This document shows, in pieces, positions 34,045-43,968 of a DNA stretch of 64,000 bases. The notes beneath the pieces were generated by a model that saw only the letters and a program-made list of their open reading frames with translations, was not told the origin of the DNA and made no database searches. Numbering within the stretch: position 1 is the stretch's first letter; each line of letters begins with the position of its first letter. A program made the position numbers and the translations under genes. Location of the stretch: contig LFLB01000003.1 of the NCBI GenBank assembly GCA_001543005.1, forward strand, positions 221,797-285,796, given 5' to 3'. The stretch is from Candidatus Spongiihabitans thiooxidans. GTDB taxonomy: Bacteria > Pseudomonadota > Gammaproteobacteria > Arenicellales > Poriferihabitantaceae.

Positions 34045-35631
34045 TTAGGTGTATAATCCATTGTTCCGCCTCCCCGACTTACCGAACAACAATCCCAAAA
34101 TCAACCACGACCCAATCAGGATTAAAACCGGATTTTCACCAAACGCGACGTAAGGCGTCGCCCCGGATCTTGGTTGGATGGTTGCGGTTACCACATGTTG
34201 GACAAACTGCGGCGCATCAACATCGATGCCACCCTTCCAGTTAATCACTGACGACAATCCATTATTGGAAGAGCGAATCATCGGTCGCTCGCTTTCCCGC
34301 GCGCGAAATCTTGCCATTTGCAATCGTTGGTGCGGTGCCAGGGAATCGCCAAACCAACTGTCTTCGCTGACATTAATCAACGCACCCGAGGACGTAACCT
34401 GATCTCGCCATTCCCGGGGAAACGCATCCTCGTAACAAATCGATACTGCGAATCGATTTTCTGCTGCAATTAGCGGTGATTGAGGTTGCTGCCAAGCCGA
34501 AAAATTCGACATGGGGATATTCAACATTTCAATCAACGGCCCGAGCAAACCCGGGAATGGAAAATATTCGCCAAATGGCACCAAGTGCTGTTTTCGATAA
34601 ATCATGATGTGATCGGTGACCGCCACGACACTATTGTAATATCGCGTAACATCATCCACCGTTTCTCGATGCAAAACACCGAAAATAAAATCTGCCGGGT
34701 GGTCTTCAATATCTCGCCAAAAACCATTCGCGATGTTGTCCAGATAATCGGGAATTGCGGCCTCTGGCCACACGATTAAATCTACATCTTGATATTCCTG
34801 ACTTTTTTTCATGTATTCAAAAATAATGCGATTGACTTCCTGTTCATCCCATTTTTCCATGAGCGCAACATTGTTCTGAATAACAGCAACGGAAATCGGC
34901 TGCCCTTGCGCCTGGGTCCAGGCGGTTTCATTTAGTTGCCATCCCGTGGCCCAAACCAGAATAAATAATACCGCCAGAATTAAATTGCCCTTGGTAGTTT
35001 GCCTGATAATCGCCACCAAAGCACCTACCGAGACCAGCACGATCAGGCCCACGAGATAGACACCGCCAATTGGCGCATAATTGGATAGTGGCGTATCTAA
35101 ATAGGCATAACCGGTAGATAACCAGGGCAGTCCTGTAAAAATCCACCCGCGCAACCATTCAAACAATATCCACAACGATGGCATTAGAAATGCCATCCGG
35201 ATGGTTGGATGCCAGGCTGAGAACCAGGACTGCAACCACCCACTCAGCGCCGGAAAAATGGAGAGTATGGCTACCAGTACGAAGATGCACAGACCCGCAA
35301 TAATCGGCGACATACCGCCAAATGTATGTATGCTGATATAAACCCATGAAATACCGACGCCAAACATGCCAAGCCCATAAACAAATCCATACCAGGTTGC
35401 GCCCTTTGAACTGCTTGTGTGCCAGATCCAAAACAGCATGACGAAACTCAACATGCCCAGTGGCCACCAATTGAATGGTGCAAAGGATACGGCGTTGAGA
35501 ACGCCAGCGGCGACCGCCAGTAGGGTTTTAATCACTATTCGATTTGTGCCCGTAACACTGCTCTTGGAAACCTGCATTAAAACCGAAAAACGCGAGATAA
35601 TCAAATTCACAGAATTACTAGGCGGAGGCAC
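34045..35631 (-). CDS. lnt: Apolipoprotein N-acyltransferase
   Basis: N-terminal polytopic region followed by a CN-hydrolase domain (LIVWPEAA, VSICYED). It lies in the lnt-ybeY-ybeZ-miaB synteny. The start is uncertain. Confidence 0.9.
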   Translation of the reverse strand: MPPPSNSVNLIISRFSVLMQVSKSSVTGTNRIVIKTLLAVAAGVLNAVSFAPFNWWPLGMLSFVMLFWIWHTSSSKGATWYGFVYGLGMFGVGISWVYISIHTFGGMSPIIAGLCIFVLVAILSIFPALSGWLQSWFSAWHPTIRMAFLMPSLWILFEWLRGWIFTGLPWLSTGYAYLDTPLSNYAPIGGVYLVGLIVLVSVGALVAIIRQTTKGNLILAVLFILVWATGWQLNETAWTQAQGQPISVAVIQNNVALMEKWDEQEVNRIIFEYMKKSQEYQDVDLIVWPEAAIPDYLDNIANGFWRDIEDHPADFIFGVLHRETVDDVTRYYNSVVAVTDHIMIYRKQHLVPFGEYFPFPGLLGPLIEMLNIPMSNFSAWQQPQSPLIAAENRFAVSICYEDAFPREWRDQVTSSGALINVSEDSWFGDSLAPHQRLQMARFRARESERPMIRSSNNGLSSVINWKGGIDVDAPQFVQHVVTATIQPRSGATPYVAFGENPVLILIGSWLILGLLFGKSGRRNNGLYT

Positions 35632-35702
35632 CGATGGGCATGAATCCAGGGGTTGCTTATCAGCCGCCTTTAGCGCATTTTTATCCTCAGATAGGTGCAG
35701 GA

Positions 35703-36212
35703 TTAATTGACACCGATGTTTGCGAGTATGCTTTTTTCTACACCCTCCATCGTAGCGGCTTGATCATCGGTTTGATGGTCGAAACCACAAAGATGCAACG
35801 TGCCGTGAATAACCATCTGGGCGAAATGGCTTTGCACAGACTTATGTTGTTGATTTGATTCGTTTTTTACCACTGAAAAACAAATGACAATGTCGCCCAA
35901 AGAGTGGTAATCAACCTCAGCCACCGATTCAAATGGAAAGGCCAGCACATTAGTGGGATTATCTTTTCCACGATAACGATGGTTCAATTCGGTGATTTCT
36001 TCCTCGTTCACTACCCGAACGGTTAAGTTTTCAGGCGACCGGTCGATCGCTAAAAATGTTTCTGCTACCCACCAATCTATCGTCTCTGAGCTGGGGATTT
36101 CCGCACCGTCAGCCACATCATCAAAGCCTGCCAGTTGCAAATCAATCGCCATTTTGGAACTGTTTTTTCCCGGCGTTATTTTACTGGGCGTCTTTTTCGT
36201 ACGCCTCAACAA
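35703..36212 (-). CDS. ybeY: rRNA maturation endoribonuclease YbeY
   Basis: Zinc motif HGTLHLCGFDH. The true start is possibly the ATG at about 36152 (MAIDLQ). Confidence 0.9.
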   Translation of the reverse strand: MLRRTKKTPSKITPGKNSSKMAIDLQLAGFDDVADGAEIPSSETIDWWVAETFLAIDRSPENLTVRVVNEEEITELNHRYRGKDNPTNVLAFPFESVAEVDYHSLGDIVICFSVVKNESNQQHKSVQSHFAQMVIHGTLHLCGFDHQTDDQAATMEGVEKSILANIGVN

Positions 36213-37194
36213 TGCATTGTATCAGGGGGTGGCGGACAACGTCCTGCGGTTTGAAGTGGGTGAAACTGATTCCTTTTATGTCAGATAGCACTTGTTGCGA
36301 ATGTTTAAGCCCGGAAAGCTGCCCTTTGGGCAAATCCACCTGAGTGATATCGCCGGTGATAATTGCCTTAGAACCAAATCCGATGCGAGTCAGAAACATT
36401 TTCATTTGCTCTACCGTGGAATTTTGCGCTTCATCAAGTATCACAAAAGATTCGTTGAGCGTTCGACCTCGCATATACGCCAGCGGCGCTAGCTCAATGG
36501 TGCCTCGCGCAATTAATTTTCCAACCCGGTCGAATCCAAGCATCTCATACAATGCATCAAAAAGCGGGCGTAGGTAAGGGTCAATTTTCTGCCCGATATC
36601 GCCGGGTAAAAACCCCAGCTTCTCACCGGCTTCTACGGCAGGTCGGACCAATAGAATTCGTTCAACCGTATTCTCCGCCAACGCATGTACCGCACATGCC
36701 ACTGCGAGATAAGTTTTTCCAGTTCCGGCCGGGCCGATGCTAAAACTAATATCGTTATCTCTAATGTTTTTTAGATAAATTCTTTGCTTCTCGTTTTGGC
36801 CACTGATACGATTTTTTCGCAAGCGGATGACGATTTCATCATCGACATCAATATGATCCGTTTTAACCGTTTTTACGCTGCCGACACCCTCCTGTTCGGC
36901 ATCTTTAGCCATGTTGTTTGTCACGTTATTTTTATGGGACAGCACTAAATGAACGTCCCTTGCTGTTAATGATTGATTGTTTTGTCCGGTTATCGTAAAT
37001 AATTTCTTTACCACGGCGGCGGCACGTTCGGTTTTAAATTTTGCGCCATTGATACAAAATTTATTGCTACGCTGGATAATTTTGACCTCAAGATAGTTTT
37101 CGATTTGTTTTAAGTGACAATTCAATTGCCCGCATAAATCCGACAGCCGTTCGTTTTCTACTGGCAGAAGTTGGAAGGTGACCGGTTTAGACAA
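36181..37194 (-). CDS. ybeZ: PhoH-like ATPase YbeZ
   Basis: Walker A GPAGTGKTYLA and the PhoH family body. Confidence 0.9.
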   Translation of the reverse strand: MSKPVTFQLLPVENERLSDLCGQLNCHLKQIENYLEVKIIQRSNKFCINGAKFKTERAAAVVKKLFTITGQNNQSLTARDVHLVLSHKNNVTNNMAKDAEQEGVGSVKTVKTDHIDVDDEIVIRLRKNRISGQNEKQRIYLKNIRDNDISFSIGPAGTGKTYLAVACAVHALAENTVERILLVRPAVEAGEKLGFLPGDIGQKIDPYLRPLFDALYEMLGFDRVGKLIARGTIELAPLAYMRGRTLNESFVILDEAQNSTVEQMKMFLTRIGFGSKAIITGDITQVDLPKGQLSGLKHSQQVLSDIKGISFTHFKPQDVVRHPLIQCIVEAYEKDAQ

Positions 37195-37218
37195 TGCCTG
37201 TTATCGTTTAATGAGGCT

Positions 37219-38592
37219 TTATGCAACCTGTTTCGCATTAACCGAAAGCAATCTTCCGCGCAGGGAGTTGGGCAATGCTTCGGTGATCATGACATTAACA
37301 AAATCGCCAATAATTGTTGGGTCTCCATCAAAATTCACAACTCGATTATTTTCAGTGCGTCCCGACATTTGTTGCGGGTCTTTTCTTGAAGGGCCCTCGA
37401 CAAGAATAATTTGTTCGGTGCCGACCATTTCATGACTGAAAAAAGCAGCCAAGTTAATGATCCTGGATTGCAACGCCGACAGTCTCTGTTTTTTTACTTC
37501 CATGTCGACATCATCGTCTAAATCCGCTGCTGGCGTTCCTGCTCGCTGGCTGTAAATAAAGCTGAAACTTTGATCAAATTTTACGGCTGCGATTAAATTC
37601 ATTGTGGCCTGAAAATCCATATCTGTTTCGCCGGGAAAGCCAATAATAAAATCCGACGACAAGGAGATGCCTGGACGTGCAACTTTTAGTTTATCGACCC
37701 ATTGCAGATAATCCTCTGCTGTGTAGCCGCGTTTCATCAGTTCAAGAATTCGATTCGACCCGCTTTGCACCGGTAAATGTAAATGACCTACCAACTCGGG
37801 AATTTCCGCATATGCTTCAACCAACTGGTCAGTGAAATCTATGGGGTGGGAAGTGGTGTAACGCAATCGCTCAATACCCTCCACCGCAGCAACATAATGC
37901 AGTAATTCTGCAAACTCCATGATTCCGCCATGGTCGTCTCTGCCATCGTGGCCGCGATAGCCATTTACATTTTGCCCCAGTAACGTAATTTCCCGAACAC
38001 CCTGTTGCGCCAACCCGTAAACTTCGGTAATCACATCATCGAATGGACGACTGAATTCTGTTCCCCGCGTGTACGGCACCACACAGAACGAACAGTATTT
38101 GCTGCATCCTTCCATGATCGAAACAAATGCTTTGACCCCGTCCACACTCGGCGGCGGCAGACAATCAAACTTTTCGATTTCCGGGAAAGAAATATCCACG
38201 GCTTGTTGACGTTTTTCTATGACTTGATCAAGCATTTCCGGAAGTCGATGCAGGGTTTGCGGGCCAAAAACCATATCCACATAGGGCGCGCGCTTCAAAA
38301 TCATCTCACCTTCCTGACTGGCCACGCAACCACCCACGCCAATCACCAGGTTTTTGTTTTTCGCTTTAATTTCCCGCCAACGTCCGAGCAGAGAGAAAAC
38401 TTTTTCCTGAGCCCGCTCACGCACCGAACAAGTATTCAACAACACAATATCCGCCTGCGCAGGATCCGTCGTAGTTTCACATCCATGGCTGGAAGACAAT
38501 AAGTCCGCCATTCTTGACGAATCATATTGATTCATCTGGCAGCCAAAAGTCTTAATAAATAATTTTCGACTCACAATAAAATCATCCGACAC
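37219..38592 (-). CDS. miaB: tRNA-i6A37 methylthiotransferase MiaB
   Basis: N-terminal [10 protein letters not shown], radical-SAM [11 protein letters not shown] and a C-terminal TRAM domain. Confidence 0.95.
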   Translation of the reverse strand: MSDDFIVSRKLFIKTFGCQMNQYDSSRMADLLSSSHGCETTTDPAQADIVLLNTCSVRERAQEKVFSLLGRWREIKAKNKNLVIGVGGCVASQEGEMILKRAPYVDMVFGPQTLHRLPEMLDQVIEKRQQAVDISFPEIEKFDCLPPPSVDGVKAFVSIMEGCSKYCSFCVVPYTRGTEFSRPFDDVITEVYGLAQQGVREITLLGQNVNGYRGHDGRDDHGGIMEFAELLHYVAAVEGIERLRYTTSHPIDFTDQLVEAYAEIPELVGHLHLPVQSGSNRILELMKRGYTAEDYLQWVDKLKVARPGISLSSDFIIGFPGETDMDFQATMNLIAAVKFDQSFSFIYSQRAGTPAADLDDDVDMEVKKQRLSALQSRIINLAAFFSHEMVGTEQIILVEGPSRKDPQQMSGRTENNRVVNFDGDPTIIGDFVNVMITEALPNSLRGRLLSVNAKQVA

Positions 38593-38624
38593 TTCGCCTT
38601 GAATGTTAACCCTATCCTATCAAA

Positions 38625-39122
38625 TCAAGTCAACTGTATTTTCTCAAGCGATGACTCTTTGCACCGACGAATAATATCCGTAGTTGAGACATCTTTTGTA
38701 TAATTGACCGTCTGGAATATCCCCATCTCAATGGGAACCTTGTATATACGCCGTTGTTGCTCATCGGAATAATCGTCACCATGTACCACTAAATCAATGT
38801 CGTACTTCTCGATCCATGCAGGGTCGAATACCCACGGCGCGTTGGGAATCACCTGGTCCACATACCGACAGGCAGCAACAGCCGCGATACGCTGTTCCAT
38901 CGGCTGTATCGGTTTGCGCTTATGAACCTTTGCCACATCATCAGCATTAATTCCCACCAGGACATAGTCTCCCAAGTTGCTGACCTTCCTCAGAAACTCA
39001 ACATGCCCATAATGAAACAGATCGGCCACCATGTCTGCATACACTCGTATCATCAATCCGTTTCCGTTTTTATCCGGCTTTCCCACGGACTGGTATTTAG
39101 TATCAAAATCATGGCAGTTCAC
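38625..39122 (-). CDS. Cytidylyltransferase resembling the eukaryotic CTP:phosphocholine/phosphoethanolamine cytidylyltransferase catalytic domain
   Basis: RVYADMVADLFHYGHVEFL (HxGH motif) and CRYVDQVIPNAPWVFDPAWIEKYDIDLVVHGDD parallel the CCT/ECT core as I remember it. The GTG start overlaps the LicD stop (GTGA). An internal ATG (MIRVYAD) is an alternative start. Confidence 0.8.
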   Translation of the reverse strand: MNCHDFDTKYQSVGKPDKNGNGLMIRVYADMVADLFHYGHVEFLRKVSNLGDYVLVGINADDVAKVHKRKPIQPMEQRIAAVAACRYVDQVIPNAPWVFDPAWIEKYDIDLVVHGDDYSDEQQRRIYKVPIEMGIFQTVNYTKDVSTTDIIRRCKESSLEKIQLT

Positions 39123-40027
39123 TCCGTGGACAAGACACAGAGCCGGCCAGAAACTGCCGATGGATCTGCTTTGTAAATGTAGGTTTGGTCTTGAGCCAGC
39201 TTCTCCTGATAGAGCACTTCCTCGTGGTTGTCATACTTGATAACGAGCGCGTACCAGTCATCGCCAGGCAGATTTAACTTCGTGTAGCCAAGCTTATTGG
39301 TCCTGGAACGGCCTATCCCGGCAACCCTGACCTCGGCGCCAAAAATAGGTTTACTCTCATGATCAAGGACCCTTAGCTTGCCGCCGCCCTTATTGCAATC
39401 GATATTTTTTGAGGAAACATCTTGGTCTGCCCGCGCTGTCAGGTAGGGACCATCCGCAACTAAATCCAAAACGTCTTTCTCAAACCCCACTTTCTTTGGT
39501 GTCATCCACGTTGCACCATACTTGTGACGCAAGTATTCTTCGGGCGGATTGGGGACCAGAAACTTCGCGCCAATAAAGTCTATTTCCTTCAATCGGGTAA
39601 AAAGCCTGTCAGGGATACGGACCCCAGGATAATGGATTATGCTGTGGTCAACGATCCTGTAGCAGGCCCAGTCTATCCTCGTTGAAGACTTCATCATTGA
39701 CACGCATATATGGTGGTCGTTGCGTTCAATCTTGGCAAAATACCCCTGCCCCCTAAAGGCTGAGGCAACCGTATCTATGGTCTTTTCTGTGACCCCATGC
39801 AGTCCGATTATTGATCCAAGATCCAAGTCATCATCCCACGGAATAATACCTTTGTCTCTGATTGCGCCAAGGCATGTGCCTTGCCGAAGAAAGAAGACCA
39901 CACCAAGTTGGTCCATGATCTGTTTTGCTTCCACCAGCAATCTCTCGGCAATGGCGACATCCACTGGCGGCGCAACCGAATATGATCTTTCTAAAGCAGC
40001 TTCATCTGCTCCGTTACTTGATACCAT
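39119..40027 (-). CDS. LicD-family phosphocholine/phospho-alcohol transferase with a C-terminal beta-sandwich (CarboxypepD_reg-like) extension
   Basis: The LicD block FFLRQGTCLGAIRDKGIIPWDDDLDLG is present. The C-terminal ~85 aa (GKLRVLDHESKPIFGAEVRVAGIGRSRTNKLGYTKLNLPGDDWYALVIKYDNHEE) resembles a carboxypeptidase-regulatory-like fold. Confidence 0.8.
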   Translation of the reverse strand: MVSSNGADEAALERSYSVAPPVDVAIAERLLVEAKQIMDQLGVVFFLRQGTCLGAIRDKGIIPWDDDLDLGSIIGLHGVTEKTIDTVASAFRGQGYFAKIERNDHHICVSMMKSSTRIDWACYRIVDHSIIHYPGVRIPDRLFTRLKEIDFIGAKFLVPNPPEEYLRHKYGATWMTPKKVGFEKDVLDLVADGPYLTARADQDVSSKNIDCNKGGGKLRVLDHESKPIFGAEVRVAGIGRSRTNKLGYTKLNLPGDDWYALVIKYDNHEEVLYQEKLAQDQTYIYKADPSAVSGRLCVLSTE

Positions 40028-40445
40028 TTTCTCCCCTTTTCAGTATTTGATATGGACCCTGACTCAAAGTGCGACATCATTGTCAACAAACGCGAGCTTT
40101 ATTCAGTCCAGGTGCCGTTCGCCTGTTAATATGCGTTGTGGGAATCACTAAAAAAGCGACCATCGGCAAGCAAAACCCGACGAGCGACCCGAATCAGGTG
40201 CTCATCACCGGTACAGTAGATAGAATTAGGCCAGGTGCTACGACGTATACCGAACTGGAACTGCTGCTTGGCTACCACAGCCAACAGGTTGATTAAACAT
40301 AGCGACTATAACACAAAACAGCACCCTATTTCGGCTTCAAATTCTTTCAGGTCAAAACCGAGTCCGCAATCCAAACTCAGCCTCATTAAGCGATTACCCA
40401 AATCCTCGGATATTCATGTTTGGTAAAACTGATTTGGTAAAACTA

Positions 40446-40724
40446 TTAAGCACACCCAAAAGACGGAAGCCAATTGATAAAGCCTGGAATTATAAAGCCC
40501 GAAACGAAGGCACCTGACGCACTTATATCGGTGGTGCCTGGAATGACATTGATGCCGATTTTCTCAAAGGTTTTCATGGCACTTGGCCTCTGAATTGCAG
40601 CAGTGACCAGTAGCGCAGGTTCATTGAGCAATTTATTGCCATCAAGACAGGCACTGGTTTCTATCGCATTTTCTCGGATAGACTGAGAATAACTCGCCTT
40701 CGCAATTGTATTTTCGGGGATGCC
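40446..40724 (-). pseudogene. Remnant of a DUF218 (YdcF/ElyC/SanA-family) gene: C-terminal half only, preceded by an in-frame TAG
   Basis: Minus-strand frame reads ...RLLMA*GIPENTIAKASYSQSIRENAIETSACLDGNKLLNEPALLVTAAIQRPSAMKTFEKIGINVIPGTTD... The T-x-ENA and LVTsa-H/Q-m-x-RA blocks are typical of DUF218. Only about 19 codons lie between the TAG and the neighbouring PPIase gene, so the N-terminal half is missing. Confidence 0.4.
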
Positions 40725-40785
40725 CTACGCCATAAGCAACCGGGAAACATATAATGTTTCAGATTTTAAACAAAACCTGACTGAA

Positions 40786-41388
40786 TTATTCTGAAATGAC
40801 TTCAGCCTTTTTTATCACTATGGCCTCTAGCGGCACATCGCCATGTCCACCAACATTTCCAGTTGCAACACCGCCGATTTGCTTTACAACATCCAACCCA
40901 TTGATGACTTTTGCAAATACAGCGTATCCCCAACCTTGTTGAGTTTTAGCGGTGAAGTCGAGAAATGCGTTATCCACCAGATTAATAAAAAATTGTGAAG
41001 TTGCAGAATCCGGAACCGAGGTCCTGGCCATAGATAATGTGCCAACGGTATTTTTTAGCCCATTGTCCGCTTCGTTTACGATGGGTGGTTGGGTGTTTCG
41101 TTGCTTCATGTCCGGGGTAAATCCACCACCTTGAATCATAAACCCAGGAATAACCCGATGAAATATCAACCCATCAAAGTGACCGCTTTGTACATAGCTA
41201 ATAAAGTTTTTTACCGTTTCCGGGGCCTGTTCGGGATACAGTTCTATGTCGATGACACCAACGGAGGTAGTCATTTTTATCATGTTTCTGGTTTCAGTGG
41301 CATAAGCAGGCAAGCAGAAAATACTTGCGCCAATAATCAATAAGACTGGAATTGATATAACCACGATAAGTTTTTTGAGCAATTCCAT
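40786..41388 (-). CDS. ppiA: Periplasmic cyclophilin-type peptidyl-prolyl isomerase
   Basis: Signal peptide and the FHRVIPGFMIQGGG block. Confidence 0.9.
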   Translation of the reverse strand: MELLKKLIVVISIPVLLIIGASIFCLPAYATETRNMIKMTTSVGVIDIELYPEQAPETVKNFISYVQSGHFDGLIFHRVIPGFMIQGGGFTPDMKQRNTQPPIVNEADNGLKNTVGTLSMARTSVPDSATSQFFINLVDNAFLDFTAKTQQGWGYAVFAKVINGLDVVKQIGGVATGNVGGHGDVPLEAIVIKKAEVISE

Positions 41389-41466
41389 TTAAACTAGCCC
41401 GTTTAAGGGTGGGCGCCTCATAAATTAGCATAAATTGACCAGCAGAGAAATAACATTGTGTCGGTC

Positions 41467-41922
41467 TTACATAAGAGTGTGAATAAAATCCCAATGCTTT
41501 TTCTCAACCGGGGTGATCGATAGTCGATTACCTTTTTGCAACAAGCGCATACCCGATACTTGAGGATATTGCCTTAATGCCTGCAAGGTAATGGGGGCAT
41601 CCAGTTTGGAAATAAACTTAACATCGACCATGATCCAGGTGGGATTGTCCGGCTTGCTTTTAGGATCATAGTAGTGCTCGTTTGGATCAAATGCAGTGTG
41701 GTCGGCATAGGCTTTACTGGCAATTTCCATCATGCCGACAATCCCGGGTGCCTTGCAACTCGAATGGTAAAAGAACGCCTTATCGCCCATAGACATATCA
41801 TCTCGCATAAAATTTCTGGCCTGATAATTTCGAATCCCGTCCCAAGGTTCGGTTTTAACCTTGGCCAGGTCATCAATGGAAAAGGCCTCAGGTTCATTTT
41901 TCATTAACCAGTATTTCATCAT
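41467..41922 (-). CDS. EVE (PUA-like) domain protein
   Basis: 151 aa. YWLMKNEP...WDGIRNYQARNFMRDDMSMGDKAFFYHS is typical of EVE/DUF55. Confidence 0.8.
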   Translation of the reverse strand: MMKYWLMKNEPEAFSIDDLAKVKTEPWDGIRNYQARNFMRDDMSMGDKAFFYHSSCKAPGIVGMMEIASKAYADHTAFDPNEHYYDPKSKPDNPTWIMVDVKFISKLDAPITLQALRQYPQVSGMRLLQKGNRLSITPVEKKHWDFIHTLM

Positions 41923-42035
41923 CTTTTTACCTTGCCTGGATCAGGAGTGTCCGCCCTCACTCTTAATGGAACGGCGTTTCCTGAGGGTTGGTCAACGTCA
42001 ATGATTACATCGCCGATAGTCAGAATTTTCATGGA

Positions 42036-42701
42036 TTAATTTGTGTTTGAATTATATATGTTTTTATCTGTTACCACCGTGGTCAGTGGAACATCCCAAT
42101 GCTCGGCGGCAATATCGCCCACCTTCTGAATTTCGTGGGCAATTCCGATCAGGCGAGGGTTATGGTGAGATTGGTCGGTTAATTTTTCTTTTAAGAAAGC
42201 GAAAGTCGTGTCATAAAAACCACCTCCCATGCCGATCCGATTGCCATTTTGATCGAATGCAACCAGCGGCACCAGTACCAGGTCCAAACGCTGTGCTTGA
42301 ATAATTTGATCCTGTTCGACTACCGGCTCCTTGATGCTGAATCGGTTTTCCACATATTCGGTTTGTTCGTTCACGTTTGCGAACAACAATGTATTTTTTT
42401 CTCCCTGAACAACCATCGGAAGGTACGCTTGTTTTGAATTCTGCCAACACCATTTCATAACGTCCCTGGGATCAATCTCGCCATCATGAGTTAAATACAG
42501 GGCGATTTTCGTAGCCGCCAAAAACGCGGCGACTGATTGCAACTGAGCTAATAGTCCCCTAGCCGCCACGGCTTGTTGGTCGGGACTGAGTGATCTGCGT
42601 TTATCGCGTATGGCATTTCTGAGTGCAACTTTATGACTATTATTGCTCACGCTATTGCTCTGGTATTCTGATATTGTTCTGGCACAAGATCGTTCAAGCA
42701 C
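42036..42701 (-). CDS. ygfA: 5-formyltetrahydrofolate cyclo-ligase
   Basis: RLDLVLVPLVAFDQNGNRIGMGGGFYD block. It lies downstream of the 6S RNA position, as in E. coli and Pseudomonas. Confidence 0.85.
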   Translation of the reverse strand: MLERSCARTISEYQSNSVSNNSHKVALRNAIRDKRRSLSPDQQAVAARGLLAQLQSVAAFLAATKIALYLTHDGEIDPRDVMKWCWQNSKQAYLPMVVQGEKNTLLFANVNEQTEYVENRFSIKEPVVEQDQIIQAQRLDLVLVPLVAFDQNGNRIGMGGGFYDTTFAFLKEKLTDQSHHNPRLIGIAHEIQKVGDIAAEHWDVPLTTVVTDKNIYNSNTN

Positions 42702-42739
42702 ATTTATCAGGGAGGCGGGTGAAAAATTGAACGAGCTCT

Positions 42740-42960
42740 AAAAATAAGAAAGCAGGTATTACCCGCAAATGCCGTATGCTCACTTGCCTTGAACCAAAAG
42801 GGTCCAAAGTGGGCGCAAAGAATAACTTCGGGATTCGCGCCAGCTCAACGCTGAGGTCATACACACCCGTCATTCATAACAGCACCCGAATTGATAGATT
42901 AGGTTCTAAGGGTTTCGGAGAACAACTCGAACACCGCAGGTAATACCCACACTGAGTCTA
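42740..42960 (-). ncRNA. ssrS: 6S RNA (ends approximate)
   Basis: It lies in the 411-bp gap between zapA and ygfA, the conserved ssrS position. A long closing helix is present: ggtattacc (42755-42763) pairs with ggtaatacc (42939-42947) and extends with G-U pairs. A GGUUCAAGG hairpin segment lies about 35 nt from the 3' end in the minus sense, as in E. coli 6S RNA. Confidence 0.6.
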
Positions 42961-43112
42961 ACACGGCCACAACCTGTTGTGGGCACAACCGATTTAATAT
43001 TGTGGCTTGATATTTGGTGGGTCCTTATGCGAAAACCGTCAAGGTAATCACCGCTCCTGCACATACTGGTATTCCCCGGTTTTGGAATCTCAATCAGCTT
43101 ACCATTCAGATA

Positions 43113-43463
43113 TTATGGGCTCCAGGATACAGCCTGCTGACTATTAGTCACGACTTTGTCGATCTGGTCATGCAGCGATTGCAGTCTGGAATCCATATTT
43201 TCTTGCATACCAACGGCCTTTTGAATTTGCAGCAATGAATGGGCGATGTTTAAACCGGCCATGATTGCACAGCGATCGATTGACAGAATCTGACTGCCTT
43301 TGCTAATAGCCCGCATTTGTTTATCGAGATATGCCGCAGCTTCGACCAATCCTTCGGCTTCTTCATTACTGCACGCCACGGTAAATTCCCGCTGCATTAT
43401 GCTCACTTTCACACTTTGTTTCACGCTTTGTTTTACGCTTTGTTGCGGTTCCTGTTCTGGCAT
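43113..43463 (-). CDS. zapA: Cell division protein ZapA
   Basis: 116 aa. VSIMQREFTVACSNEEAEGL aligns with the ZapA N-terminal pattern. It has an N-terminal QSVK x3 repeat. Confidence 0.8.
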   Translation of the reverse strand: MPEQEPQQSVKQSVKQSVKVSIMQREFTVACSNEEAEGLVEAAAYLDKQMRAISKGSQILSIDRCAIMAGLNIAHSLLQIQKAVGMQENMDSRLQSLHDQIDKVVTNSQQAVSWSP

Positions 43464-43533
43464 GGTTATTGAGTCGCGATAAATTTTGATACGTGATACT
43501 TCTTATGGTATTTTTATGAACCCTGACTCAGGG

Positions 43534-43731
43534 CTATAGCGATTTTAGTCTCGAAACAATTTTCTCGACGCGACCTCTGGCGATTTTATTTTTTTCCTGT
43601 AGCGACTTAAATTCCTGCCGCAACATTTGCTGGTCGGTTCGTAGTATTTCATTTTCACGCCCCATATCTTCGACCAATTTGATCATGTCTGCTACACGTT
43701 GCTCTAATTTTTGCAGGGGATCTTCCGTCAT
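43534..43731 (-). CDS. Small coiled-coil protein upstream of zapA (TIGR02449/ZapB-like)
   Basis: 65 aa, heptad-rich (LEQRVADMIKLVEDMGRENEILR...). This is the same position as the small coiled-coil gene upstream of zapA in pseudomonads. Confidence 0.55.
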   Translation of the reverse strand: MTEDPLQKLEQRVADMIKLVEDMGRENEILRTDQQMLRQEFKSLQEKNKIARGRVEKIVSRLKSL

Positions 43732-43968
43732 TTTTATAACCGTCAGCCGATATTTTGTCGATATTTCTAAACCGGGCTGTTTATGGCCCGATATGCTTTG
43801 GATTGATGAGTTGCAAATATACCAACTTTTTCAGTCAATTTGGCAGTTGAATTCACGAGTTTCATTAATATTAAATGATGAGAAAACGTTACGCTCTGGT
43901 TACAATACCAATACAAATCAAAAGTAGACCATACACCATGCTTAATTCCTTAATTACCGACGGTCGCC

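Noticed and set aside
40140-40310. Second gene fragment in the 40-kb debris region (minus frame ...GDEHLIRVARRVLLADGRFFSDSHNAY*)
   Set aside because: It is vaguely reminiscent of a methyltransferase C-terminus. It is only about 57 codons long, has no start codon, and has no diagnostic motif. I cannot assign it or be sure that it is a pseudogene.
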